Assembly (NCBI GenBank): GCA_965222115.1
Contig: CBDCTJ010000007.1
Coordinates: forward strand, 1,056,001 to 1,120,000
Length of the DNA: 64,000 nucleotides
DNA from: Planctomycetota bacterium
GTDB taxonomy: Bacteria > Planctomycetota > PLA2 > JAEUHO01
Direction of reading: 5' to 3'
This document shows, piece by piece, positions 8,866-18,750 of the stretch. The position numbers and the translations under genes are program-made. The notes under the pieces are model-generated. The model did no database searches. It saw nothing but the letters and a program-made list of their open reading frames with translations, and was not told the origin of the DNA. The first letter of the stretch is position 1, and each line of letters starts with the position of its first letter.

Positions 8866-9489
8866 ATGAGTTCCCCTCTTGATCCCACCCTTCGCAGCGA
8901 CACCACTAGTGGCGACGACGGCGACGAGAAGGGCTCCGGCAAGCGCTCCATGATGGAACGCCACCTCATGAAGACCCGCGCGGTGCTCGTCTTTGGGGCC
9001 ATCGAGCCCAAGGAAACGCGGCGCATCGTAAAGCAGCTACTCGTATTGGATTCGGTCAGTCACGAAGAGCCCATTCGCGTCTACATCAATAGCCCGGGCG
9101 GTGTGGCCGACGATGGCTTTGCTATTTACGACGTCCTTCGATTCGTCAAAGCACCGGTGATCACCGTCGTAACGGGACTTGCGGCCAGCGCCGCAACGAT
9201 CGTGATGCTCGGTGCCGACAAAGACAAGCGCTTTGTGCTTCCCAACAGTCGCATCATGCTCCACCAGCCCAGTAGCGGTGTGCGCGGCACGGCAAGTGAC
9301 ATTGCGATTAGCGCGCAGGAGATTCTGCGTTTGCGCAAGAAGGCCAATGAGCTCTTTGCTCGCGAAACCGGCCACGACATCAAGAAGATCGAAGACGACA
9401 TGACGCGCGACTTCTGGATGAGTGCAGAGGAGGCCGTTGACTACGGACTGCTCACCAAGATCATCACGTCAAGCACGGATCTGCCGTAG
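8866..9489 (+). CDS. clpP: ATP-dependent Clp protease proteolytic subunit
   Basis: YINSPGG, GLAASAA (catalytic Ser), RIMLHQP (His), RDFWMSAEEAVDYGL (Asp). Confidence 0.95.
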   Translation: MSSPLDPTLRSDTTSGDDGDEKGSGKRSMMERHLMKTRAVLVFGAIEPKETRRIVKQLLVLDSVSHEEPIRVYINSPGGVADDGFAIYDVLRFVKAPVITVVTGLAASAATIVMLGADKDKRFVLPNSRIMLHQPSSGVRGTASDIAISAQEILRLRKKANELFARETGHDIKKIEDDMTRDFWMSAEEAVDYGLLTKIITSSTDLP

Positions 9490-9504
9490 ATAGCTGATCG
9501 AGTT

Positions 9505-9858
9505 CTACGGGGCATTACGAAGATCGATGACCTGGGCGCCGTTTCCGAACCAGGCTTGCCACTGAGCCTCGGAGATGGGCACCGATACCACCCGCGCGTT
9601 GTCGCCCGGATGTGCGCGTCCAGCCTCTGCGGCTGCGACGGTGGCAAAGCGTTTGTAGGCTGCGTTTCTCTTGGCGGCGTTGCTGCCACGTCGTCCACGT
9701 AGCGAGAGGCAATAGACGAATCGATTGGGCAGTACGCCGATACCGCTCAACAACCCTGCGTCACCGCCACATCCGCACGCGACAAGTGTGCCGGCAATGG
9801 CTGCCGTGGCTCCGGCCGAGCATGCAGCAACCAGAAATTCGCGACGTGACGTGGACAT
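9505..9858 (-). CDS. Small Tat-exported (lipo)protein of unknown function
   Basis: Twin-arginine signal SRREFL, a hydrophobic stretch, and lipobox-like LVAC/GCG. Confidence 0.7.
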   Translation of the reverse strand: MSTSRREFLVAACSAGATAAIAGTLVACGCGGDAGLLSGIGVLPNRFVYCLSLRGRRGSNAAKRNAAYKRFATVAAAEAGRAHPGDNARVVSVPISEAQWQAWFGNGAQVIDLRNAP

Positions 9859-9875
9859 CGAACTCTCAGGGACAT

Positions 9876-10066
9876 GGAAAAAGGGAAGGCAGGAGCTACC
9901 AGCTCACCCGCCGGTTCGATCCCAAAGGACCGGCCCAGACTTTGGACGTGGCGTGCGCATGCCAGGGAGGCCGAAGCCCCCCTGACACGCAGTACCTGGA
10001 AGCCGCCGCGCCCCCGAGCGCTCTCAGGGACCAGAGCCCGACTCATCCCACCCCCGAAGGGGTAGG
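9876..10066 (-). ncRNA. Candidate structured RNA / leader (unassigned family)
   Basis: Minus-strand stems closed by cUUCGg tetraloops (9957-9990, a 15-bp stem with three G-U pairs and no mismatch; also 10047-10066), plus a terminator-like hairpin 9888-9912 followed by UUCCCUUUUU. Confidence 0.45.
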
Positions 10067-10193
10067 CATTTCGAGCTCGATTGCGACGGCACGTGTTCTC
10101 TTCACGTCCTTACTGCAATGACCTTCATCGGCAAGTTCGATGCGAACAATAACCACATTTCCTCAGAGTCTGCGCCCATCCGCGAACCCTGTA

Positions 10194-10376
10194 AATTCGC
10201 ACCCGGCACAAATTTGCGCGATTCACCTGTGACCAAGATCTCTCACGCGCGACGTCTATGTGTCGACAGCCCGCAAAATGGGGTTCCACACAATTCGCAC
10301 CCGGCACAAATCGTGAACTTGCGCATTTGCTCCCGGCACCAATTGTGAAGTTACGCATTCGCTCCCGGCACGAATT
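10194..10376 (+). repeat. Left REP-like array: 4 copies of ATTCGCWCCCGGCACNAATT, three in 32-bp tandem
   Basis: Copies at 10194-10214, 10293-10324, 10325-10356 and 10357-10376. Confidence 0.85.
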
Positions 10377-10469
10377 CGTAGTTTTGCCCGTTACCAAACT
10401 CCCGCTCGCGCGATGTGTACATGTCGATGTCGCGCAAAGCCGCCGCGATCGATGGCGGGAGATTCAGCG

Positions 10470-11438
10470 ATGCCACGTCGAAAACGAAAAGACTTTCCGG
10501 GTGCCTGGTGGCACGTCATGAATCGAGGGACCTCGCGGCGCGCGATATTCGAAGATGATCAAGATCGACGGTACTTCCTGTCGCTACTTGCGTGGATGGT
10601 TCACTGGGGCTGCATCGAGGTGCACGCATTTTGCCTTATGGACACTCACTATCACTTGTTGATACGTAGTACGCGGGGTGAACTCTCCGAGGCCATGCAT
10701 TGGATAGGGATGAAATATGCCCATTGGTTCAATCGAAGACAGGGACGAGATGGCTCATTGTGTCGAGGGCGATTCGTTTCAAAGCTCATCGCCATCATTG
10801 AGTACCGCTGGGCCGTCCTCTATTACATCCATCGCAATCCGACATCAGCCGGACTTGCGGAAACCATTGGCGAGTATCGCTGGTCGAGCGCATGGTATCT
10901 GGCAAATGGCGTACGATGCCCTTGGCTTTCAACGCAGTTTAGTAGACGGGCCTTCCGCGATTTGGCTATTCCTGTTGCAATTCCAGAACTAACTGAACGC
11001 TGGCTGCGTAGCGCGGATTCTCACAGGCCCGAGATTGGTAAGATCGTCCGGGCAGGCGAAGGTTCGTTGCGGGCATGGTTACGCGCTCAAGCGGAGAATG
11101 CTGACGGCCCATTGCCCCGGCGCGTGCTACTGCTCCCGAGTACCATCTCAGAAGAGGTTTGCCATGTAAGGCGTGAGCACGCCTACGATCACCGGCCGGT
11201 ATTGATCGAGGGGCGCGCGTGCCCTTACCGCATTGCACACGCGGCTCTCCTCTACACCGCCGGTGGCTTGGCGTTTGAGTCCGTTGCGCACCACACCGGC
11301 GTGAATCCGTCCACGATCCGTATGCACGTGCAGCGACATCAGAAATTGCTGACTGAGTGCGGCGACTACGCATCGTTCGTTGCGAAGATCCTAAAGCAGT
11401 GCTTTCTTCACGACTACCCCAGTGTTACGACGATCTGA
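10470..11438 (+). CDS. REP-associated tyrosine transposase (RAYT / TnpA-REP, HUH Y1 family) with C-terminal HTH-like extension
   Basis: MPRRKR..PGAWWHVMNRG..RRAIF, AFCLMDTHYHLL (HUH), YAHWFNRR..RDGSL..GRF.S, YIHRNP (catalytic Tyr), YRWSS. The C-terminal LAFESVAHHTGVNPSTI resembles an HTH. Confidence 0.9.
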   Translation: MPRRKRKDFPGAWWHVMNRGTSRRAIFEDDQDRRYFLSLLAWMVHWGCIEVHAFCLMDTHYHLLIRSTRGELSEAMHWIGMKYAHWFNRRQGRDGSLCRGRFVSKLIAIIEYRWAVLYYIHRNPTSAGLAETIGEYRWSSAWYLANGVRCPWLSTQFSRRAFRDLAIPVAIPELTERWLRSADSHRPEIGKIVRAGEGSLRAWLRAQAENADGPLPRRVLLLPSTISEEVCHVRREHAYDHRPVLIEGRACPYRIAHAALLYTAGGLAFESVAHHTGVNPSTIRMHVQRHQKLLTECGDYASFVAKILKQCFLHDYPSVTTI

Positions 11439-11444
11439 GTGACG

Positions 11445-11499
11445 CACAATTAGTGCCGGGAGCGAACATGCAAGTTCACAATTAGTACCGGGAGTGAAT
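11445..11499 (-). repeat. Right REP-like array: 2 inverted copies of the same 32-bp unit
   Basis: Reverse complement reads ATTCACTCCCGGTACTAATTGTGAACTTGCAT + GTTCGCTCCCGGCACTAATTGTG, matching the left-hand units. Confidence 0.85.
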
Positions 11500-11506
11500 G
11501 CGGGAG

Positions 11507-13024
11507 TTAGGGGAGGCGGCCGAGGGTGCCGAGGGCCAGGATGAGGGCGTGTTCGAGGGTGTTGCGGTCGATGGCTGATACGGATTGGCCGCGTTCGAGC
11601 GGGGTTCGCAAATGCGCGACGGTTAGGAGTGCTTGGATAAGGCGATGGACGTCGGCTTCGGAGAGTGGATCCATGACCATGGAGCGTGCGATGTAGTTGC
11701 TGCCCGCGCTCCATGTACGACCGGCCAACGCAAGTGCGACTGCCATGGCGGCCGGCGCGGCGTGTTTGGTGGTGAGTTTTCCGGTACGCAGTCCGGCGGC
11801 TACGTCTTCGAGTTGATGCGTTGCGAAGTCTTCAAACGTCGCTTCTAGCTGCGAGACAACGGCCGGTTGCACGGGTGCCTTGCGCGTGTTTACGCGTGGT
11901 AGATCCGTCATCGCCGTCATGCACGAATTGCGTTTTGTACGCGGCAGCACGTCTTCTTTGAGCGCGCGGTCCAGCGCTTTGAACATGCCCATCAGCGCTA
12001 TCATGTGTTGCGGTGACATGGTGTCACCGAGGGACGTCGAGCGTGCACCGAGCAGTTGATCGATGGCATCTTGGGCATCGGACTGGAACGCAGCGTCGGG
12101 GCCAGCAGCGTCTTTGAGTTCTACGGCTTTGCCTGCACCCGTTTCATCCAACAACAAAAGCTCAATGCCGGTCCACGTAGACTTACTGTCGTTGACGACG
12201 CTTGGCGTTGAAAGCAACCCCGTAGTCTTCGCCGTCGGTCCAGTCCGATACGCACTCACTTCTAAAGGATGTACGTAGGACAGCACGTCCCGCGCGCGGT
12301 CAACGTCCGGCGGCAGACCTTCAACCAACGACGAAGGCGTAGCATCCCCGAGCGTCAACTGAAAGGTCCCCGCGTCTCGATCCACGTCTACTCGCCACGC
12401 GGTGGATGAAGATGATGTCGCCACGTGTGCGGCAAGCAGAAGATCGAGCAAGCCCGCCGGATCGGTGTCAATTCGCGGCGGCGGTCTGTTGTACGCAGCG
12501 CGTGGCGTTGCCTTTCCACCGGTTGCCAATGCATCGCACTGAGACCACGACGCGATTTCCTCCAGCACATGCGCCACGTCTGTGTTGCGCGACGGACCGA
12601 TCGGTGTCTTGGCGTCATAGTTGCCCACAAATGCATCGAGGCGCGTGAGCGCGGCTTCGAGCATGGCAAGGACGCCCGCTTGTCCCGCATCGGCGGCGAT
12701 GGTGTTTGCCGTGAGCCCGCGATCCACACGAAGCGCCATGCATGCCAAGGTGCGCACCGTCGTTGCTGCGGCCATGAACGGGACTTCCATGTAGCCCCGT
12801 TCACGATCTCGAATGCGACCCTCTTCAAGCGCAGCGATGGTGTCTCGAATGTCCTCGGTGACCATCGTGAGCAACTGCTCAGCCTCGTTGCGCAGCGACG
12901 TCATGCCCGACGCGGCGCCGCGGTACGTAATGCGCCGATCCTGTTGCGCGTCGCGAATCCTTCGGTAGAGCCGCCGGGCGCGATCGCGTGCGACGAATAG
13001 TTCCGGCTTGGGCGCGTCATTCAT
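11507..13024 (-). CDS. Hypothetical protein (helical; possible degenerate HATPase-like middle region)
   Basis: Long ORF with genome-like codon usage, divergent from polA. No recognisable catalytic motif. Confidence 0.7.
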   Translation of the reverse strand: MNDAPKPELFVARDRARRLYRRIRDAQQDRRITYRGAASGMTSLRNEAEQLLTMVTEDIRDTIAALEEGRIRDRERGYMEVPFMAAATTVRTLACMALRVDRGLTANTIAADAGQAGVLAMLEAALTRLDAFVGNYDAKTPIGPSRNTDVAHVLEEIASWSQCDALATGGKATPRAAYNRPPPRIDTDPAGLLDLLLAAHVATSSSSTAWRVDVDRDAGTFQLTLGDATPSSLVEGLPPDVDRARDVLSYVHPLEVSAYRTGPTAKTTGLLSTPSVVNDSKSTWTGIELLLLDETGAGKAVELKDAAGPDAAFQSDAQDAIDQLLGARSTSLGDTMSPQHMIALMGMFKALDRALKEDVLPRTKRNSCMTAMTDLPRVNTRKAPVQPAVVSQLEATFEDFATHQLEDVAAGLRTGKLTTKHAAPAAMAVALALAGRTWSAGSNYIARSMVMDPLSEADVHRLIQALLTVAHLRTPLERGQSVSAIDRNTLEHALILALGTLGRLP

Positions 13025-13123
13025 GGTCCGCAAGTCTATTCGCACCGCACGCGTTGCGCGGTTCGCACCCCGTGTCCGACGCACAAATGCGACACGGTCC
13101 GTCCGCCCCCCGACAATCAGGCG

Positions 13124-15928
13124 ATGCCTGCCCTCACGTCGTCATCCCGTCCGCGCGCGTTCCTGTTTGATGGCATGGCGATGGCCTACCGCGCCCACTT
13201 TGCGTTCCTGCGCAACCCACTTCGCAACGCGCAGGGCATCGACACCAGCGCGGTCTTTGGGTTTCTCGCGAGTCTCGATCGCGTTCTGGACGACGAGAAG
13301 CCGGAAGCCGTGGTGGTCGTGTTTGATGCGCCGGAGCCCACCTTCCGCCATCGCGCCTATCCGGAATACAAAGCCACGCGCGACAAGATGCCAGAGGAGT
13401 TGAAACCCCAACTCGATTGGATCCAGCGTGCGGTTGAGGCCTACGGTTTGCCCTTCATACGCAAGTCCGGATTTGAGGCCGACGATGTGATCGGCACCCT
13501 CGCCAAGTTGCTTGAGGCCGACGGGCACGACGTGTGGATCGTCTCGGGCGACAAAGACATGATGCAACTCGTGACGCCCCACACGCGCATGTACAACCTC
13601 ATGAAGCCCGGGCAGTCCGATCCCGTGTTGGTGGGCGAGCCAGAAGTTGCCGAGAAGTTTGGTGTTGCGCCCGACAAAGTGATCGATGTGCTGGGCTTAA
13701 TGGGCGACAGCTCCGACAACATTCCCGGCGTGCCGGGCGTGGGGCCTAAGACGGCGACAAAGCTTGTGAATGAACACGGTTCGCTCGAAGCCGTGCTCAA
13801 AGCCGCTGATGGTCTAAAGCAAAAGAAGCTTCGCGAAAACCTCATGACGCATGCCGACAAGGCGCGCCTCAGCTTGGAACTCGTAACGATCGACACCGAC
13901 GTTCCGCTCGATGATTTGAATCTGACAAAAGGGGAGCGCGACACGGAAGCCCTCGCCGAGCTCTACCGCGAACTCGACTTCCATGCCCGACTCGATCGGT
14001 TGGCCGTGGCGCCGGTGGGCGGCGCAGACAGTCCGGCATCGAACTATCGGCTCGTGGATACGCCTAAGAAGCTAGACGAACTCGTCACGCAATTGGCCGC
14101 CACCAAAGACACAGACGGCTTTGCCTTCGATACCGAAACCACGTCAGTCGATCCTTTGCAGGCCGAACTGGTGGGGTTGTCATTCTCGTGGAAAGCCGGT
14201 GAGGCCCACTACGTGCCCGTCAATCTCGATCCGCCCATGTTTGGCGGCGAAGTCAGCAGCAAAACTCCTTCGGGCATGCTGTTTGCGGAATCCGGCCCAT
14301 CCGGGGATACCGACGCCGTGCTTGAACGACTTCGTCCCGTGTTTGAGGACGCTTCGATTCCCAAATGCGGGCAAAATATGAAGTACGACGTGCACGTGCT
14401 TCGTACACACGGCATTCACGTTCGCGGTCTCGCCTTCGACACCATGATTGCGAGCTTCTGCGCGGATCCCGGTCAGCGTGCACACAACCTCGACAGTCTC
14501 GCGCTGCGTCGACTCGGTATTCGTAAGATCCCCACCAGCGATCTTATCGGCAAGGGCAAGTCGCAGATCACGATGCGCGAGGTGCCCATTGACGTCGTGT
14601 CGAAGTACGCGTGTGAAGACGCTGACGTCACGTGGCAACTCAAGGAATCGCTCGCACCCGAACTTGAAGAGCGCGATGTGCGGCGTGTATTTGAAGAGGC
14701 CGAAATGCCCCTGCTCCCGGTGCTCGTGCGCATGGAGGCCAATGGCATTGGCGTTGATCGCAAGAAGCTCGAGCAACTGGGCGCCTCGCTGGGTTCGCGT
14801 ATTGAAACGCTCGAAGCCACAATTCACGAGCTCGCCGGTGAGCCATTCAATATCCGCTCCACGCAAACGTTGGGTCGCATTCTCTTTGAGGACCTAAAGC
14901 TCCACGAGCATGAGGCGGTCGGACGCAAGAAGCCCAAGCGCACGGCCAAAGGCAAGGGCTACGCCACAGACGAAACCACGTTGCTCGAACTCGTGCCCGC
15001 CCATGAACTTCCGGCGCTCGTGTTGGAATACCGAAGCCTTAGCAAACTCAAATCCACGTACGCCGACACGCTTCCGAGTTTCATTCATCCCTCCACCGGT
15101 CGCATTCATACGAGTTACCACCAGACGGGCGCCGCGACGGGCCGGTTGAGTTCCAGTGATCCGAATCTTCAGAACATTCCCATTCGCACCGAAGAGGGGC
15201 GTGCCATTCGCGAGACGTTTGTCCCCGATGAGGGCCATGTGTTTCTCTCGGCGGACTACAGCCAGATTGAATTGCGATTGCTTGCGCATCTCTCGGGTGA
15301 CGACGGTCTGAAGGAAGCGTTTCAGGAAGGCATCGACATTCACCGCGCCACCGCTGCGCGCATTTTCGGTGTTGCGCCGGATGATGTGACACCCGAACTT
15401 CGAAGCCGCGCAAAGGCGGTGAACTTTGGTGTGATTTATGGCATGGGGGCGCAGCGTCTCGCGAGACAGACGAGTGTGTCACTCAAAGAAGCGCGCGGAT
15501 TTATTGAAGGCTATTTCGAAAGCTATCAGGGGGTCCGAGATTATCTGGAAGACGTCAAAGAAGGTGGGCGCCAACGCGGTTATGTAACGACCATGCTCGG
15601 GCGTCGCCGCTACCTGCCTGGCTTGCTCGATGACGATGGCCGTATACGTTCCCAAGCCGAAAACGTTGCCGTCAATACGCCCGTTCAAGGAACCGCGGCC
15701 GATCTCATAAAGCTCGCCATGATTCAAATCGATCACGAACTCGCTCGCGGAACCTTGGGCGCGCGCATGCTGCTGCAGATCCATGACGAGTTGCTCTTTG
15801 AGGTGCCCAACGACGAGATGGACGACACCATCGCGATGGTGCGCAAGCGCATGGAAGGCGCGTTGCCGCTCGACGTGCCTGTGGTGGTTGACGTTGGCAC
15901 CGGAAGCAACTGGTCCGAAGCACATTAG
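13124..15928 (+). CDS. polA: DNA polymerase I
   Basis: 5'-3' exo (YKATR, EADDVIGT, GDSSDNIPGVPGVGPKTA), 3'-5' exo (FDTET), polymerase motifs ADYSQIELR, KAVNFGVIYG, LQIHDEL. Confidence 0.98.
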   Translation: MPALTSSSRPRAFLFDGMAMAYRAHFAFLRNPLRNAQGIDTSAVFGFLASLDRVLDDEKPEAVVVVFDAPEPTFRHRAYPEYKATRDKMPEELKPQLDWIQRAVEAYGLPFIRKSGFEADDVIGTLAKLLEADGHDVWIVSGDKDMMQLVTPHTRMYNLMKPGQSDPVLVGEPEVAEKFGVAPDKVIDVLGLMGDSSDNIPGVPGVGPKTATKLVNEHGSLEAVLKAADGLKQKKLRENLMTHADKARLSLELVTIDTDVPLDDLNLTKGERDTEALAELYRELDFHARLDRLAVAPVGGADSPASNYRLVDTPKKLDELVTQLAATKDTDGFAFDTETTSVDPLQAELVGLSFSWKAGEAHYVPVNLDPPMFGGEVSSKTPSGMLFAESGPSGDTDAVLERLRPVFEDASIPKCGQNMKYDVHVLRTHGIHVRGLAFDTMIASFCADPGQRAHNLDSLALRRLGIRKIPTSDLIGKGKSQITMREVPIDVVSKYACEDADVTWQLKESLAPELEERDVRRVFEEAEMPLLPVLVRMEANGIGVDRKKLEQLGASLGSRIETLEATIHELAGEPFNIRSTQTLGRILFEDLKLHEHEAVGRKKPKRTAKGKGYATDETTLLELVPAHELPALVLEYRSLSKLKSTYADTLPSFIHPSTGRIHTSYHQTGAATGRLSSSDPNLQNIPIRTEEGRAIRETFVPDEGHVFLSADYSQIELRLLAHLSGDDGLKEAFQEGIDIHRATAARIFGVAPDDVTPELRSRAKAVNFGVIYGMGAQRLARQTSVSLKEARGFIEGYFESYQGVRDYLEDVKEGGRQRGYVTTMLGRRRYLPGLLDDDGRIRSQAENVAVNTPVQGTAADLIKLAMIQIDHELARGTLGARMLLQIHDELLFEVPNDEMDDTIAMVRKRMEGALPLDVPVVVDVGTGSNWSEAH

Positions 15929-16326
15929 ACCCAATGCCGCATGTTGTGCACGTTCGATATGCGTTCGGTAGTTGGGGCGCTCATTTCCCTCGCATCGCGC
16001 CGCGAGTGGACGATACGGGCTCACACGTCGCACGGCATGTCGATAGATTGTGGAAAATCGGGCGAGCAAAAGCACAACAACGGACGGTTTCAGGCTCGCG
16101 TGACGACATGCAGGCATACACCGTGTCGTTCAAGCCATCCCATGGCGAACCAAGTGAAGTTTGAACGTTGCCCTGACGGGTTGCAACGGGTGTTTTTTGT
16201 CTGCCAAACAGCCCGCGAACGCATGACCGAAACTTCAATTCGTTGTCCGGTACGCGGTGGGCGCTGTCCGATGGAAGCGCTATGCTCGCCGTCGGAGTTG
16301 GGCGGCATGCCCGACGTGGAGTCTTC

Positions 16327-16632
16327 ATGAGTTCGTCTTCCTCCCCCAGGCGACCCACCGGGCCGCGCGCATCTACATCCTCAAACGTTGGCAACAACAA
16401 TCGGGAAGATCGTGTAGAAGGTGTGCTTGGTGTAGGCCTCGATGGCGAAGACGGACATCACCGGATTACCAAGGGCGAGGACTTCGTCCTACTGGGTGGT
16501 TCATCGGAAACGCATGAGCGACTTCAAGAACTTGTGCTACGCATGCGCGATACATTGAAGAAGCGCGGTAAGCGGTTTGGCGACCTCAGCCGAGACGAAT
16601 TCGAAGAGCTCGCGCACGACAGCATGCCGTAG
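16327..16632 (+). CDS. Small conserved-looking hypothetical protein
   Basis: GGAG RBS precedes ATG 16327. Globular core VLGVGLDGEDGHHRITKGEDFVLLGGSSETHERLQE. Confidence 0.7.
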   Translation: MSSSSSPRRPTGPRASTSSNVGNNNREDRVEGVLGVGLDGEDGHHRITKGEDFVLLGGSSETHERLQELVLRMRDTLKKRGKRFGDLSRDEFEELAHDSMP

Positions 16633-16993
16633 CCGAGTCGTTCGACCCTCCCGCGCGTGTGGCGCACTGTCAGCGACGGCCATCGAAGGGTTGTGCGGTG
16701 CCCGGTAGCTCGTTTCTCTCTGTGGGAAATCAACTCGATGGGCCGCTTCATGAGGGGACACGGCGTCTCGCATGCGCGCGCGCGGATGGAACCCAGCGCC
16801 CGAGGTCGCGTGCGTGCGGCCTTTACGCCCTTGGGCGGACCACTGTTGACGCCCCTTGGGTCCGCTTCAAGGCGGCCCTACGATGCCCGTCCCTTTGGGC
16901 GCCCTTCCCATCCTTATTGAAGGGCGCATGTCGAATGCCACGGGTACGGCGCGGCCGTCTGCGCGCCACGCACCGTGAGGAGGTAGTTGAGGT

Positions 16994-17854
16994 ATGGACA
17001 TAAAGAACGTAGGTGTCGTGGGCTGCGGGCTCATGGGATCAGGCATTGCCCAGATCGCCGCGGCAGCGGGCTATGGCGTTGTGGTTCGCGAAGTGAACGA
17101 TGATGCCTTGGCCGCTGGCAAGGCGCGCATCGAGAAGTTCCTCGGCAAGGCCGTGAAGCGCGAAAAGATGACGCAGGCCGACGCCGACGCGCTTGTGGGC
17201 AAAATTACCTTCACCACGAAATTGGCCGACATGAAGGATTGCGACCTTGTGGTCGAGGCCATCATTGAAAACCTCGACGCCAAGAAGCAACTCTTCGCCG
17301 AACTCGATGGCATTTGCCCCAAGCACGCCATCTTCTCCAGCAATACATCGTCGCTCGCCGTGGGTGACATGGCGATCGCCACCAAGCGCGCTGAGAACTT
17401 TGTGGGCCTTCACTTCTTCAATCCCGTGCCGCTCATGCGCCTCGTTGAAGTCGTTCGCACACTTGAGACGAGCGACGAAGTGTTCGATGCTGCCTGTGCG
17501 TTTGGTGAGAAAGTTGGCAAGACGGTCGTTCGCGCCAAAGACACGCCCGGCTTCGTTGTCAATCTACTTCTCGTACCCTACTTACTCGATTCGATCCGCG
17601 CACTTGAGAGTGGCGTGGCGACCATGGAAGACATCGACGCCGGCATGAAGCTGGGTTGTGGCTATCCCATGGGGCCGTTCGAACTCCTCGACTTCGTGGG
17701 GCTCGACACCACGCTCTACATTGCCGACATCATGTTCCGGGAGTTCAAGCAGTATCGCTATTCAGCGCCGCCCATGCTCAGGCGTTTGGTGGCGGCCGGT
17801 CGCAACGGTCGCAAGGCAGGCAAGGGCTTTTACGACTACACGAAGAAGGCCTAA
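16994..17854 (+). CDS. hbd: 3-hydroxybutyryl-CoA dehydrogenase
   Basis: GVVGCGLMGSGIAQ Rossmann motif, SNTSSL, GLHFFNPVP, PGFVVN, PMGPFELLDFVGLD. Confidence 0.93.
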   Translation: MDIKNVGVVGCGLMGSGIAQIAAAAGYGVVVREVNDDALAAGKARIEKFLGKAVKREKMTQADADALVGKITFTTKLADMKDCDLVVEAIIENLDAKKQLFAELDGICPKHAIFSSNTSSLAVGDMAIATKRAENFVGLHFFNPVPLMRLVEVVRTLETSDEVFDAACAFGEKVGKTVVRAKDTPGFVVNLLLVPYLLDSIRALESGVATMEDIDAGMKLGCGYPMGPFELLDFVGLDTTLYIADIMFREFKQYRYSAPPMLRRLVAAGRNGRKAGKGFYDYTKKA

Positions 17855-17886
17855 CCAGACCTTCCACGAGAAAGCGAAGGAAACTT

Positions 17887-18672
17887 GTGAGCGACACGAA
17901 TTATGCAACCTACTCGGTTGACGGTGGCATCGCCACGATCACGGTTAACCGACCCGACAAGCTAAATGCCCTCAATGATGAAGTAATGGCACACATCGAC
18001 GCCGCGTTCGCGCAAGCCAAGGCCGACGATGCCTGTCGCGTTGTCATCTTGACAGGCGCGGGCGAGAAGGCCTTTGTGGCCGGTGCCGATATCGGCGAGT
18101 TGGCCAAGCAAACCGTGCGCGGTGGGAAAGACAAGTCGCTTCGCGGTCAAGCCGTACTTGCGAATATCGAGCAACTCGGCAAGCCCGTGATCGCCATGAT
18201 CAACGGCTACGCGTTTGGCGGTGGTCTTGAACTCGCGCTCGCGTGCCATGTGCGCACGATGGCGGCGGAGACCAAGATCGGTCTACCCGAGGTCGGGCTG
18301 TCGATCATTCCCGGTTACGGCGGTACGCAGCGTTTGCCGCGCATCGTTGGTCGCGGTCGTGCGCTCGAGATGATTCTCACCGGCAAACCCATCAATGCGG
18401 AAACGGCTCACGCCTTTGGACTCGTCAATCGCGTGGCACCTGCCGCCGAGTTGCTTGAGACCACGCGCGCGCTTGCTGGCGCCATGCTTGGCAACGGTCC
18501 GATCGCACTTCAGATGGCGACCGAGGCGGTACTCCGTGGTGGTGAGGTAAGCCTCGAAGAAGGACTGCGCATCGAATGCGATCTCTTCGGCATCATTTCG
18601 TCCACCGACGACATGCGCGAAGGCCTCAACGCATTCTTGGAGAAGCGCAAGCCCGCATACAAGGGAACATAG
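17887..18672 (+). CDS. crt: Enoyl-CoA hydratase (crotonase)
   Basis: NRPDKLNAL, AFVAGADI, GGGLELALAC and PEVGLSIIPGYGGTQRLPR (both catalytic Glu present). GTG start at 17887. Confidence 0.9.
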   Translation: MSDTNYATYSVDGGIATITVNRPDKLNALNDEVMAHIDAAFAQAKADDACRVVILTGAGEKAFVAGADIGELAKQTVRGGKDKSLRGQAVLANIEQLGKPVIAMINGYAFGGGLELALACHVRTMAAETKIGLPEVGLSIIPGYGGTQRLPRIVGRGRALEMILTGKPINAETAHAFGLVNRVAPAAELLETTRALAGAMLGNGPIALQMATEAVLRGGEVSLEEGLRIECDLFGIISSTDDMREGLNAFLEKRKPAYKGT

Positions 18673-18750
18673 CCCGCCGCGATTTTCGTTTCTGTTTCAC
18701 GACAAAGACGTGTCCGCGCGTGGACTTCCGCGGACCGAGTAGGAGTCACG

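Noticed and set aside
10293-10376. 32-bp tandem units as a CRISPR array
   Set aside because: The units are contiguous with no unique spacers, inverted copies lie on the other side of the transposase, and no cas genes are present.
16049-16057. DnaA-box match (TTTTCCACA on the minus strand) downstream of polA
   Set aside because: A single match with no cluster or AT-rich unwinding element; compatible with chance.
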